Source of the DNA: Phoronis australis
Lineage: Eukaryota > Animalia > Phoronida
Assembly: GCA_002633005.1 (NCBI GenBank)
Contig: NMRA01000059.1
Location: 232,992 to 296,714 of the forward strand
Length of the DNA stretch: 63,723 nucleotides
Direction: 5' to 3'
The position numbers and the translations under genes were made by a program. The notes under the pieces were generated by a model. The model did not search any database and was not told the DNA's origin. It saw nothing but the letters and a program-made list of their open reading frames with translations. Below, piece by piece: positions 25,001 to 34,700 of the stretch; positions within the stretch are counted from its first letter, which is position 1, and each line of letters starts with the position of its first letter.

Positions 25001-28000
25001 CTGAAAATACGACAGCCACTAAAGTAATTCACAAAGAGTCTTCCCTAGCCCAGGAAGTTGCAAGGTAAGAACAGGAAATGGCCGTCAACAAAAAAATTAT
25101 ATTTGCAAATATCTGTCGTTTAAAGAATGTTCACCATTTATTTTTGCATTACTCGAGACATAAACTAGGTAGACCCGTGTCTAATTATAAAAAATCCTCC
25201 ACATAACCTTACAGATCAACAAGCACCAAATGATCCTACAGTTCCCCCTGAGGGCCGTAACTGGAACTGACACAGAGGTGCTCTACTTTGCAGTGGACAG
25301 GACAGGGCAAAATGACATGCATTTCAAAGTCAAACTATGAATAGATCTTACTTTATGTGTTTGAACACAGTGGATTTGCTCCTCATCAGTTACAAGACAA
25401 CCAAGAGTCAGTCATGTCACCTGACCACAAACTATAGTTTTGTAAACATCATAAATTCCGTGTTATGTTGCGTTGGCATAAGAATGACATTCAAGCAGAA
25501 TTGTGATCCAGGATAGTCAACAATACAAACTAGACAATAGCTAGTAAAACTGCAACAGCACAGTGCCCATGTGTCAATTACATCCAACAGCACTGTGCCC
25601 ATGTGTCATTTACATCCAACAGCACTGTGCCCATGTGTCATTTATTTACATCCAACAGCACTGTGCCTATGTGTCATTTAGATCCTGTTACAGCTGTACA
25701 TGCACAGACAATGTCACGTTTTCAACACAGGTTGATGACAAGTGAAAGCACTGGATCACAGTCCAATATTTGAAAAGCGCGAGTTTTTCTGCCCTTCTTC
25801 AAGATGATTGAAATACAGGTATGTGCACTTTTTATTCATTGGCTCTAAAAAACATTCTGAGCAAAGTGAACCTAATGTACAAGTAGACATAAGTAACTTA
25901 GTTGTTAGAATTGTAAGAGGAAAATTAGGGTGTGAAAACATGATGAAAAGTTTGAACCATCAGATTCAACGTCAGTTATACTGGTGAAGTACTTATTGAT
26001 TATAAGTTAATATTTTTCAGGAAACGATGCAGTGGAACCACGTCATGTGGCTCCCTCTATTGCACATCATTCAGTGTTCTCCAAGACCGCTTTCAATGTG
26101 TCGCAGCGTCCTGTTTGGCCGAAGGCACATCCTGTTTAAATGCCCCGCGTCCTGTTTAAAAATGCCGCGACCGATTTAAAAATTAGACCAGTTTGGAAAA
26201 ATGGCGTCGGCATTGTTAATAAGGTCTTCATTGGCTCAAACAATGCTTGACAGCAACTGCCCATAGCCCATTGAAAATGATAAATAAGAGCTAAGTGGTC
26301 AATTGTCGAAAAAATAATCACGAATCTAGCTCAAGCGGCAGACTGGGCCGCTCGTCTATTTATGGTGCAATGTCGCTTGTAAATAATTGCTCAATCATCT
26401 TTTGGGTGACCCGAATTTTATTTTCGTAGTACATTTTTCAATATTCCGTGGGCCCCACGACACTGGTCTGACTTACCGACGCCAGTCTCAACCTTTGCAT
26501 GGAAACGCTTTTGATGACTCTTATTGGTTGTTGTTTGGCATTTCTCACTTGGATGAATATTATTGGTTACTATTGGTGCATTGAGACAGATTGAGCTCAT
26601 CTTATTGCCTTCTAGGGAGTTTTGTTGGCAGCTTGAGCATTATATCTGTAGCCCATACTCCCTCTGAAAACCTGCTAAGCCAATCGCAACTAACTCACCT
26701 TACGTAGCGGCGTGTGCGACGTTTGCGGTTTCGGGGGAGTAATGCCGAGATTTGAGACAGCTAGTTCAATAATATATGTCTCGCGGTGAGAAACTGTAGC
26801 CAAAATCACGTGCTCTCATTGAAAGCGCACGGTAATATCTTGCGTAATCTCGCAAAGTCTAGTCTGGCTTCAGTTACTGATTAACATGCACATTCTACAT
26901 ACTTAGTAATGTCGTCTGCCGTGTGAAGGCGTAGAAAGACTGCGAAGAATCATTTTAAAAACCGAGAGATGTTTCAGATATTGACAATGACTCACACGCC
27001 GATAAGACAGATCCACATGGTGGCGACACTACCAAATCGCAAATATCCGTGCCATTAACGGTGGACTGAATTTTTTTCAACTGACAACATCCAACATCGG
27101 CATTCTTACAATTCTCTTGAACTTGAGAATAAATAGTTCTCAGCTGGAACAATGAGTTGGTGACAATCCTGAAAATTGTGGGAATGCCGGAGTTGCAAGT
27201 GTATAACAATCCAGTCGATATCTTTCTAGAAATATTGCTTTTCATCAACAGGCCTAACACTCCTGTCCATGTAAATGGAAAACGCACGTTTACTCCACTT
27301 TATTCATGATGCAAGACTCGCATATTGTGCACTTTTTACAAGAATTTTGGTGGTGCACAGGTTTAGTGTTGTACCAACTTCAGAACATCGAATTCAGACA
27401 GACAATGTGGGCCGGAGTATTGAATATAAGAATGCTGTGCAAGACATTAGACTGAGAGAAAACGTAGACTTGGCTGTCAACACATATAAAAATGCGACTG
27501 GCTTTACCAAGACACTTCACTCGGACGGTCTACTTCGTGGGAAAAGTTTAGCTCAATGTTAGACTTTTTGGACTTGGTTGACAGTGACATCACAAGAATT
27601 AAGCAAAATATTTCCGCATACTGTTTCAAACACGTCTGCGTAGACTTGCATTTCAAAGTCATTGACTAAACAAATGTTTTTTGTGATATGTTTGTGAATA
27701 AGTCCACTGCCACCTTTTAAAAATAAAAAGTTGAACAAACATAGTTATTTTTTGCACTACTGTGCATTACTAGCCTACTGAGAGCGTTGACTGTCGCGCG
27801 GTTCTGGCATGTTTGTAGCAGTTTTTACGCGCACGACCTGCTTAGATTTTCAGATGTGGAGAACACAGTGATTAAAATCAAGTAAGATATGATCACAAGC
27901 TTTCAATAGTTTTGATTGAACAGCTACACAACAATCTGAACCATTTTTGGACGTTTGTACAATGAGAACGCTATCAAGATCTAACAATTAACTCTGCTTA

Positions 28001-30533
28001 GTAAGTATGAGAAGTACGTCATCTCACCCTCATGGGACAGATTACTCTTCGCGGCTCCTTTCACTACAGTCTTGTCTGACTGCACCTGTGTTTTTTTCTT
28101 CAGCAGTTGTTGTTTCGCCTTCTGAACAATCTTCAAGTATTTTTTGCTACCACATCGCTTCTCGTCTACTTTCCTTGTTGTTGCTGTTTCCCGGGCAAAC
28201 CGAATCGCTGAATTTTCATCCAAAACCTGTGTGAAAAATAAGCAGTTGCAGTCACAAAACACAGAACTTTAGGTAACACTCACTCGCTCTGAAAAATGAA
28301 CAAAACAATGTTTAGTGAACATGATTATGCTTTGAATAAATCAAAGTAATTTGTACATAAGTCAATGGTTTTGTCCAAATCTATTCTAACTTCACCTCTT
28401 TCCGTTTTCCAGATTTTCGTTTATAAAGTTCTGGAGCACCAGTGGTCAACTTGTTCACCAATTTCACAGAAGGCTTCCTTGACCTTTTGCCCTCAGCAAC
28501 ATGTGGAGAGTCCAGTAATGTAATGGAATTCTGTTCATCATAAACAAATAATTTAGATGACTTCTCAGGTGTTGTGCTGTTTCCAATGGATACATCCAAG
28601 TTGTCTGAGAGTGGCTTCACTCGAGTGAACACAGACCGAGACTTAAACTCTTCCTCAATAAAACGCTTTGATGGAATTATCGTCCTTGATGACCGTGAAC
28701 TTTTTTCGGGAAGAACAAATTTATGAGGGGTCCTTTTGTGTACAATTGTTGGTGATGGACCATCTGGCCCACTCTTATGCTGTGCTTTAGTCTTAGCCAG
28801 TTTGTTGTACTTATCACCAATCTTCTTGCCAGGAAGGACTCCCTTAGCAGATTTATTTTCCAAATATTTTCCAGGCACTTTTTGTAATCTCTGCAACTTT
28901 TTCTTCTCTTTGAGTTTGAGCTGCTTTGCCAACTTAGCCCTTGTATTTTCCTTCAACTGTTTCTTCATTTTCTGCATCTTCTTACGTTTAAGTCTCTTGA
29001 CTTGCTCAGAAGATTCAAAATCTGAATCAGATTCAAGTTGATACAACACTGCCTTGACTGATTTCTTCTTCTTTTTCTTTTTGTGTTTTTTATCTTCTTT
29101 CTTATACTTTGAAATCAAATTACTCAACTTTTCATGCTTTTTAAACACCAACCCTGGCTGTTTGACTTTGTACTTGGCCTTGAATATTTGCTTTTGAGGT
29201 TTAACTCGTGTCTGTGTTGTGGGATCACTAATGTCTATCATGGAACACTTGACAACACCCTTTCTAGCCTTCTGGGCCAGACCTTCTTCAATCAATCTTT
29301 TATAAGACTTTTGCATGCGTTTCCTTTTGCCATCTGGTGTCGGCTGCAGTTGGAGCTTTTCCAATTCAGGATCTTCCTCATCATCAGTTATTTCAACCAT
29401 TTTCTCGGCCATTTTGTACATCATGTTCAGACGTTTTTCACTCTGCCGAATTTCCAAATCAGTGAATCCAACAAACTCATCTTCCTGCAAAATATACAAA
29501 TGATTAATGTGCATGTAATCCTTTTAACACGTTTACAACAATGGGAATTAAAATGTAACTAAAGTCAGTTTTTAATGATATTCCTTGCTGTTCTACCAGT
29601 CATTCCATTAGTCACTCCTGTACTGCAAGCTGCTTACAATCACCCTTTGGATAAAAAGAGAATTACTTTGAGTTATGACCACTTTTGGATATAACATTGG
29701 TCTCAACTCGTTCCTTGAACTCAGATGAGTAATGATATATTGGCTATAGTGACAATTGTGTAGTGAGACCATGCTGTGTTAGTCTTCCTATAGTTATCTG
29801 GCCTGGCTAGTGTTGTATCACCAGCACATAATAATGTTGTAGACGTGCTTCTAGTGAATCATGTCAGCCTCCGTTAGCCACTCACTAATGGGCAATTGAA
29901 TGGTTAGCAAGCTTGCCAATTTTATTGGGGTCTCTGCTCTGGTTCAACGCGTAATCTCGGAAAATACTACAATAGCACAAAACCCGGCCATTACACTCCT
30001 TTCCTTTAGACTGTCTATGGTGCATTCACTGCAGAGACTTTTCTAACAGGGTTGACATATTTTGTTGTAGGTGCAGTGATCTAGGCCCAGTTGCTACGTG
30101 CTCTCACAAGGATGATTGAAATAAACATGCAGAAATGAGAAATTAATTCACCAGACGTAGACGATATTTTTCGTCTTGATTAAAGTGAGCAACGTAAAGT
30201 AACTTTGATCTTAGAATGATGAAAGGGGGATAAACATTGTAGTGAAACATAGTTGAAAATCCATCGAGCACAACTTCAATAATTCATTCATCTCTATCAC
30301 TCAATAAACCATCAACTGGTCAACTGTCTCACTGAAAACGGGCCCAACACCATGGGAGACTTTACCTCATCTGAAGCACCAAATAGTTCATAAAACGTAA
30401 CAAGACCACGATGCACATTAATCAAGATTTCAGTCTTCCCATCTGCCGATTTTAAGCCATCATCGACAACGTATTTGGGGTCAGTTCTGTCAAATCTCGG
30501 ACCAGGTCGGCCAGGAAAACGTAAGCTCGCCAT
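798..30533 (-). CDS. KMT2A: Trithorax/KMT2A(MLL1)-family histone H3K4 methyltransferase, multi-exon, 3'-partial (continues beyond window start)
   Basis: Phase-consistent GT-AG exon chain: 30366-30533, 28396-29484, 28028-28226, 24611-25000, 23418-23567, 22731-22911, [22421-22468 | 22324-22371], 18816-19119, 18246-18374, 17854-17964, 17363-17500, 16527-16619, 15906-16020, 15086-15199, 14239-14441, 12867-13754, 11262-11372, 10066-10139, 9522-9670, 9139-9278, 7465-7602, 6607-6765, 6327-6447, 5960-6038, 5237-5475, 1960-4953, possibly 798-854. Domain order and motifs match MLL1/Trx. Probably co-orthologous to vertebrate KMT2A/KMT2B. Confidence 0.95.
873..1123. repeat. 28-bp minisatellite, ~9 copies
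   Basis: AACCATATCTTACAAAGG(T/A)GATATTG(A/G)T. Confidence 0.9.
1960..4953 (-). CDS. KMT2A: KMT2A/trx giant exon (998 codons, low-complexity Ser/Thr-rich region after FYRN)
   Basis: Lies within the 1037-aa ORF; TTTACAG acceptor, GTAAGA donor, phase 1-1; same position as the giant post-FYRN exon of MLL1. Confidence 0.88.
5237..5475 (-). CDS. KMT2A: KMT2A/trx exon, FYRN C-terminal part
   Basis: CARVYWSTSDFRRRTVYTCRVIEV; the donor at 5236 gives phase 1, matching the next exon. Confidence 0.85.
5960..6038 (-). CDS. KMT2A: KMT2A/trx exon, FYRN
   Basis: GSLTVECLGQLSHQSDFKQHLIPVGF; a duplicate acceptor lies 30 nt upstream (6068). Confidence 0.88.
6327..6447 (-). CDS. KMT2A: KMT2A/trx exon, start of FYRN region
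   Basis: FSVLRRVCINCD...GLYPELINIVV G|GTATGT. Confidence 0.88.
6607..6765 (-). CDS. KMT2A: KMT2A/trx exon, PHD4
   Basis: RCNVCSLTGATVGCCSSYCQANFHFMCSRRDGCYFQDDKNVFCKLH. Confidence 0.95.
6968..7010. repeat. (AAT)n microsatellite
   Basis: Direct reading. Confidence 0.95.
7105..7450. repeat. ~34-bp minisatellite
   Basis: CACTGAGTGAGTGTTCATTCAAAGATCAGAAAGA variants. Confidence 0.9.
7465..7602 (-). CDS. KMT2A: KMT2A/trx exon, ePHD (C2HC pre-PHD)
   Basis: EAGRLLYAGYDTWVHVNCALWSAEVYELADGSLQNVHTAVSRGKQL. Confidence 0.95.
7805..8105. repeat. 59-bp tandem repeat, 5 copies
   Basis: GTGAGCAAGGCGTGAATGTTTGAAGACAGATAATGTCCTGCAACTGATCT...; produces the spurious ORFs at 7753-8108. Confidence 0.92.
8200..8810 (-). 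mobile_element. Degenerate copy of the same HINE-like family
   Basis: GGACGGACAGGGTTGACGGCATAATGCGCCCAC matches the 421-455 motif. Confidence 0.4.
9139..9278 (-). CDS. KMT2A: KMT2A/trx exon, start of extended PHD
   Basis: DNRRCLLCQTVGDADPN|GTAAGT. Confidence 0.9.
9522..9670 (-). CDS. KMT2A: KMT2A/trx exon
   Basis: MLDNAILPPTVDHTYAQW (cf. MLL1 MLPNAVLPPSLDHNYAQW). Confidence 0.92.
10066..10139 (-). CDS. KMT2A: KMT2A/trx exon, end of bromodomain
   Basis: QMANVFPWFNVNRSSLWEHNK. Confidence 0.9.
10850..11195. repeat. ~27-bp minisatellite
   Basis: GTGTACACAGTCCTAGTTATAACTGAT variants. Confidence 0.9.
11262..11372 (-). CDS. KMT2A: KMT2A/trx exon, bromodomain
   Basis: EQFNDDLVRIIQKAL...VRSMFIK. 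Confidence 0.9.
11535..11750. repeat. 19-bp minisatellite
   Basis: CATTAACATGATGAGCTTT variants. Confidence 0.9.
12867..13754 (-). CDS. KMT2A: KMT2A/trx exon, long insertion followed by bromodomain helix
   Basis: 296 open codons, ends PYDLQTVMNKALLGLYTTV|GTGAGT (cf. MLL1 PLDLEGVKRKMDQGNYTSV). Confidence 0.88.
14239..14441 (-). CDS. KMT2A: KMT2A/trx exon, end of PHD3 and start of bromodomain
   Basis: DEMYEILSYLPEEVIQYTCKNC...WRPTL. Confidence 0.93.
14752..14872. repeat. 30-bp tandem repeat, 4 copies
   Basis: TTATGATCCAACAGAGGTCACTCTACTAGT. Confidence 0.92.
14995..15115. repeat. 43-bp tandem repeat spanning the PHD3 exon donor
   Basis: CATACCTGACATGTTCTCACACTTGGCATGTA x3. Confidence 0.9.
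15086..15199 (-). CDS. KMT2A: KMT2A/trx exon, PHD3
   Basis: GNYCPICCKCYSDDDWESKMVQCAKCEAWVHAKCENMS. Confidence 0.94.
15190..15440. repeat. 49-56-bp tandem repeat starting at the PHD3 exon acceptor
   Basis: ...ATATACAGCAGAGTTGACTAACATCTACTCACAATGAGGCAG x~5. Confidence 0.88.
15906..16020 (-). CDS. KMT2A: KMT2A/trx exon, PHD2-PHD3 zinc knuckle
   Basis: VCSKCVKCRSCGATTPG...WTYDFSLCYECGQLMQKG. Confidence 0.94.
16527..16619 (-). CDS. KMT2A: KMT2A/trx exon, PHD2
   Basis: KLLQCDRCHEHYHPQCLGPLYPTKPTKKNIW. Confidence 0.94.
17116..17365. repeat. ~61-bp tandem repeat, 4 copies, abutting an exon donor
   Basis: GGTCTGCACAA...GCTGTCTAGAAGACTTACAT. Confidence 0.88.
17363..17500 (-). CDS. KMT2A: KMT2A/trx exon, PHD1/PHD2
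   Basis: FLFCSICCEPFHEFCLEETERP...NWCCRQCRYCSVCG. Confidence 0.94.
17854..17964 (-). CDS. KMT2A: KMT2A/trx exon, start of PHD1
   Basis: DDYNVDTAW...RTLCYLCGSAGKHQ|GTAAGT. Confidence 0.92.
18246..18374 (-). CDS. KMT2A: KMT2A/trx exon (pre-PHD)
   Basis: TTACAG|AEKMADK...HKIMANFK|GTGAT; resembles MLL1 HRIRVDFK. Confidence 0.85.
18816..19119 (-). CDS. KMT2A: KMT2A/trx exon, end of CXXC and linker
   Basis: AAG|T LRLCTNP supplies the final RxC of CXXC; open frame to QRL|GTGAGT; phase 2 to 0. Confidence 0.82.
19856..21509. mobile_element. Internally deleted Kolobok-like DNA transposon in a KMT2A intron
   Basis: TTAA on both sides (19852-19855, 21510-21513); 15-bp TIR AGGAGAATGCCACCC / GGGTGGCATGCTCCT (14/15); AG...CT termini; decayed THAP on + strand and second ORF start on - strand. 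Confidence 0.8.
20029..20217 (+). pseudogene. Decayed THAP zinc-finger (transposase N-terminus)
   Basis: MLRCIVPACLN...GIS / frameshift / FRLP*ETEMLRKWL...HLRVCGLQ fits the THAP C-x-V-P-x-C...F-x-x-P...W...RVC pattern. Confidence 0.7.
21960..22062. repeat. ~31-bp tandem repeat, ~3 copies
   Basis: GATTGGATATGTGACAAATGGGAGGCTTTGT. Confidence 0.88.
22324..22371 (-). CDS. KMT2A: KMT2A/trx CXXC KFGG-loop exon, variant B (48 nt), paralog of variant A
   Basis: TTTTCAG|A GAT ATG CCA AAA TTT GGC GGA... = DMPKFGGRGVLKQSC(N)|GTAAGT, phase 2-2. Confidence 0.85.
22421..22468 (-). CDS. KMT2A: KMT2A/trx CXXC KFGG-loop exon, variant A (48 nt)
   Basis: TTTCAG|A GAT AAA CCA AAG TTT GGC GGA... = DKPKFGGPGTMKQAC(V)|GTAAGT, phase 2-2. 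Confidence 0.9.
22731..22911 (-). CDS. KMT2A: KMT2A/trx exon, N-terminal half of CXXC zinc finger
   Basis: RRKRRMRCNQCKGCNTPDCGTCRNC(L)|GTAAGT, phase 1 to 2. Confidence 0.93.
23418..23567 (-). CDS. KMT2A: KMT2A/trx exon (SNL2-like motif)
   Basis: GPRIKHVCRKKAIALG...LSALP, conserved MLL1/Trx motif; TTTAG acceptor, GTGAG donor. Confidence 0.93.
24611..25000 (-). CDS. KMT2A: KMT2A/trx exon with nuclear-receptor-like C4 zinc finger, interrupted by assembly gap
   Basis: TTTTCAG|GVGCAVCGHLRLCMSSNGLYYGVPSCDSCRKFY; after the gap ASSVASASS G|GTATTG; phase 1-1 matches both neighbours. The gap could hide an intron. Confidence 0.75.
24639..24879. other. Assembly gap (241 N)
   Basis: Run of N. Confidence 1.
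25555..25680. repeat. ~29-bp tandem repeat
   Basis: CAACAGCACTGTGCCCATGTGTCATTTACATC. Confidence 0.85.
26072..27868. mobile_element. Probable old non-autonomous TIR element (hAT-like)
   Basis: CAGTGTTCTCCA ... TGGAGAACACAG (11/12 inverted match); short subterminal repeats CCTGTTTAAA; faint TTF-zinc-finger-like fragments near 27280-27440; no TSD recognised. Confidence 0.4.
28028..28226 (-). CDS. KMT2A: KMT2A/trx exon 3
   Basis: ACAG|VLDENSAIRFARE...HE G|GTGAGA, phase 0 to 1. Confidence 0.8.
28396..29484 (-). CDS. KMT2A: KMT2A/trx exon 2 (LEDGF-binding FxGF motif, Lys-rich region, SNL1-like motif)
   Basis: TTGCAG|EDEFVGF... KFVLPEKSSRSSRTIIPSKRFIEEE; open 363 codons; donor GTGAAG. Confidence 0.9.
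30366..30533 (-). CDS. KMT2A: KMT2A/trx exon 1 (start codon, menin-binding motif)
   Basis: MASLRFPGRPG matches the MLL1 menin-binding motif RFPARPG; ends FGASDE|GTAAA, phase 0. Confidence 0.92.
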
Positions 30534-31484
30534 CTTGAAAATGCAAGATGGCGGATGTCCCTACACTTATATTCCCGCGAATTTCTTCCATGTTTCAACA
30601 ATGTTAGATAAAAGAAATGCGCGCAAGAGGATGTCACAAAACAACAAAATGATTGAATGATCGGATGAGTGAAAATATATTAATTTCTTATACATGAAAG
30701 GACAGTAATTTCAGCAATTTAATCGTTCGACAAGGTGCTCGTAGTTTCTCTTCGCGAAGGGATTACCCGCCAAATTTGTAAGACGCACATGAAACACCCA
30801 AAAGATGCCTATTAGGCTCATGAAAACGAGAATTAAGTTTTCATAATTTAAGAATACAGTTGAATTTAGCTTCTTGTAACTGTTGTGCAAAATAGCTTTT
30901 ATGCTTTCACGAAATATTGTATTCAAATGAAAACATCATCGACTAGAAATTCGCCCATCAAGAGGAAATTATTTACTGTAAAATAAAAGAAGAGTTTGTT
31001 ACGGCAAGTGAAAAAATGTAATAAACTGCATCTATGAAATATCAAATTTAAAGTTAACCACTTGGCGTTATGTTTCCTTTGTACGTTTAATTGGATGTTG
31101 CATTTGAAATCTTAGTTGTTCGATTGTTGAGCGGATGGACATAATATTTAGATGGAAGTAAATCGTCATTCAAGTTCAGAGCCCCGTTGGATTGCGTGCA
31201 AATGTGGGCAAGTTACTCCGCGTAGAGATATCGATTACTGTTGTGTTTACAAATGAAAAAGCCGGTAAAGAAAGTGGAAAACGGTGGTTATTTTCTTTGC
31301 TAAAGATTCTTTTCTGGCGTCTGCTAAAACATCGCAAACTCCAGTCAAAATGCAAACAACATCTGTGACTATTTTTGGGCATATTTCAGCCCTTGATAAA
31401 TAAAGTAGAGTTGGTCAGTCGTGAAACCCAGACGTTCAAGTCAGTCGTGTTTATTTTGGGTGACAAATGACAGCATAACGAAAG
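30534..31484. promoter_or_regulatory. Divergent (putative bidirectional) promoter/5'UTR region shared by KMT2A and DIXDC1
   Basis: Head-to-head start codons ~950 bp apart; YY1-type CAAGATGGCG motifs at 30528-30553. Confidence 0.6.
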
Positions 31485-31787
31485 ATGAATACAGCTCCGT
31501 ACGCGAACGGCAGCCCTTCTCGGTTAAGATATCTAAGCAACACGCCAACAGAGAGGCTTTTTCAGAGTATGCCGTTTTTGGCTCACAGTCAAAGATCGCC
31601 TGTTAACCTGCCAAATTGGAGTAATAGAGATGTTTCGCCTGCTGGGAGTTCTCCCAACATGGATAGGAGATTGTCACCGAGAATTGTGAGCCCCAGGGAC
31701 GGCGCTGTGGCTCGCGGGCTGCAGGACTTAGAGCTGGAAGAATCACGTGCAATTGAACAGCGTTCTCGAGAAGAAAATCGACGACAG
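31485..31787 (+). CDS. DIXDC1: DIXDC1 distal first coding exon (1a)
   Basis: 101-codon ORF start [11 protein letters not shown]...EENRRQ|GTACC, phase 0, in frame with the CH exon; no recognised motif. Confidence 0.65.
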
Positions 31788-34700
31788 GTACCCTATGTGT
31801 CTGAACATATATGACTTACAGTTTTCTGTTAACGGACTGATCGAGGATTAAACTTGTACGTGTAATCCTGATTTGTAGTCCAGTCAATTTATGATTTGTG
31901 CGCCGCCTTTTCTATGTGATTTTTGAATTGAAGATATCTCTTGTCTTTCCTCCAGTCAGTTTACTGCTTTGATATTCCACTACAAAACTTGAAAAAAATA
32001 ACTCTTTGAAAGTATTCGCATCGTCGCTTCAGTAAATAGTTTGTCGTTTTTTATTTTACTGAGATGTTATACAAATGAAAGAAAAGCGTATATATTATTA
32101 ACGCCTAAATGGACAGCTTATGCGTAGTATAGTACACTTGGATCTTAAGGTAAGCATCTCGTAAAGACATCGATCGAAGCGCACTAAGATGCTCTCTAAT
32201 GCAATATTGAACAGCCCGACAGTGTTGACACTTGTAAGAAATTTCTCATTGAACCAACGGTATTATTTTCAAACCCTTTCTTCGAACAGACTTGCATTTT
32301 AACGGGCGGTCGATATGAGTCTCAATGAAGTTTTGATGTCGCTGAATGAAATAAGCGCAATTTAAGAACAACAGTATCATTTATCGGATGGTATTTAACA
32401 CGCAGTGGCTAAGTCAAATAAGGCCATGTCACAGTCGGGGCTGGCAATAAATGCCCTTTAGAAGATGTATTAAACTCTAAATGTTCTCCACCCTGAACGA
32501 CGTGTTCAGCATTAAACTCATTAATTTAAACGATCAGTACAAATCAAATTCTAGGGTTTGTTACTCCAAGTCCCCCGTGCAGAAATGATCGAAATCCAGT
32601 GGAGTCCTTTCTCAAGCTGTGTCTCGGACTTTAGTCGCACTATCGTAGAATTAGTCTAAGCGATAAGCACCGGCAAAAGCAAACACAGGTCGGGAGTGAC
32701 TTTTAATTCTGACACCTTAGAGTTTCCACTAAATACATGCTACCCTCTCGTGGCTTTATTTGATTAACGACTCTTGTCAAATTCCAAACCCTGACAAGTG
32801 TGGACCATTGTACTTAAATTGGGACAATACTGTGCACAAGTCGCTTAATTTTCATTCCTCTCATCGTATTAGGAAACATTGATTTTATTTTTCCTGCCTT
32901 TACCTGGATCGTCGATTGATCCTTGGGATTTGTGTTATCGTAATCTAAGTGGACCGGTTATTAATTGGCAGTTTTAAATAGAAATTTCTTTCTTGTGTCA
33001 TCAACTGTTAATCGATAACGTTACCTAGAATATAATGACTCTATAGCGATTTTAAAATCCTAGATCACGGCACACAAGGTATTTGTTAAACAGCGAAATG
33101 ATTTTACGTTGTATAAATAGCGTTGTTTGCTGTGTAGAGAGGTCGCCACCTTTAAAACATACAGACAAGTGCAAACATTGATCTATTTAGCATCTTGCAA
33201 TGAAAAGTATTTTGTATAATTCCGAAACTCAATTGACCACAAACGGTCTACGAGATAAGCTTTTAGAAATAAAAATGCACTGCCTTCTGTTTGTACCCCA
33301 TGCAAAACCATAATTGAACTAGGTCACTTACCCCTGTAAAATCGGTCTCGAAATATTTTTAACTATGACAGAAATTCTATTCCGTTTCCAGGAGGAATAT
33401 CCAGGTTATTCACGAATCAAATAACGCTGAAAATCTGCGTAGCGCTTGCGCGATATGCCGAAATGTGACCAATTTAATTCATTAGAAAGTTAGCTCTCAA
33501 TTCCAACTGAAAATTGAATCTGATCTATGATGACAAGTAAAGTTTTAAACTCAGCCATTTCCTACTCTGGTATATTTCTTAATTTCCATTTTAACCGGTA
33601 AATGGAATGAAAACACAGCTTTAATTAATTATTTGCTTAAAAGATTTTTTCAGTTTCTGCAGTCTCTGGTGTGAGGTGTATCAGCACATTAAACGACTTG
33701 TAACTTCTGGAAGTTGGACCAATTCTTACCACTGCACCTCAATATCACCTCAATATCACCTCAATATCACTCAATACCACCTCAATATCACCTCAATATC
33801 ACTCAATATCACCTCAATATCAGCTCAATACCACCTCAATGTCAGCTAGCGCGTGGCATTTTCAAGGATAATAAACTGGCAGGTTTCGGAATATTTCAAG
33901 TTCGCTATTTGACCGAGTTCATCTAATTGTTCAAAACTGAATTTAAAAAACATCATGGATCACTTGGGACAACGACTGGTTTTGTTTCAGTTTATCTCAG
34001 TGGCGGATTTAGAGGAGGGCCAAGGAGGCCATGGCCCCCTAAACTCTCCCAGATCCCATTTGGCAGTTGGGGGGTGCGAATGTCTGACGGGCAAAATCCT
34101 GACTAATACTTTGCCCTGCCCCCCCCCCAACTAAAAATCCTGGATCCGCCCCTGTATCTTATCCATAGGTGTCGTTTTTCTGTTTTATTCCTTGGGACAA
34201 TATTTTTTTTGTGAGCGAGAGCTTTAAAAAATCTATACTAACGACGAATTCTGTTTTAATCACTCCCTGACTTTAGATATTGTGACGTTTCTTCAATCAG
34301 TCTGTGTTTTGAACTCCTTTTTTCATCACACAATCGTTTTCACGGGAAAACGATCGGCATTACCTGTACAGAAAACATAATCAGGCGCACGGTATATGTT
34401 GACGTCGTTGTCTGAACTTTGGAGATAGGTTCATGTTATTCCCATGGTCTATATATGGTTTCAAACCACGGGTTTGTGTATTGCGATTAAAATTCAGTAA
34501 AGGTTGAAAATGCAAGCAGTCACGCGAGGTCGCACTCAGCAGTGATACGGCAGGCTATTGTTTGACATTCTCAAGTTACCTGACAGTACAGAGTCCTTTC
34601 AAACGTTCTGCATGTTTATTCGGTGATCAATTAAAGCACGGACAAGCATTAGCAAACATCTTCTATTCTATGGTCACTCACAATGGACGCGATTTTCTAT

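Noticed and set aside
24543-25027. Stand-alone nuclear receptor gene; long ORFs across the gap
   Set aside because: The finger exon is phase-compatible with KMT2A on the same strand and no ligand-binding domain is seen; ORF lengths are inflated by Ns.
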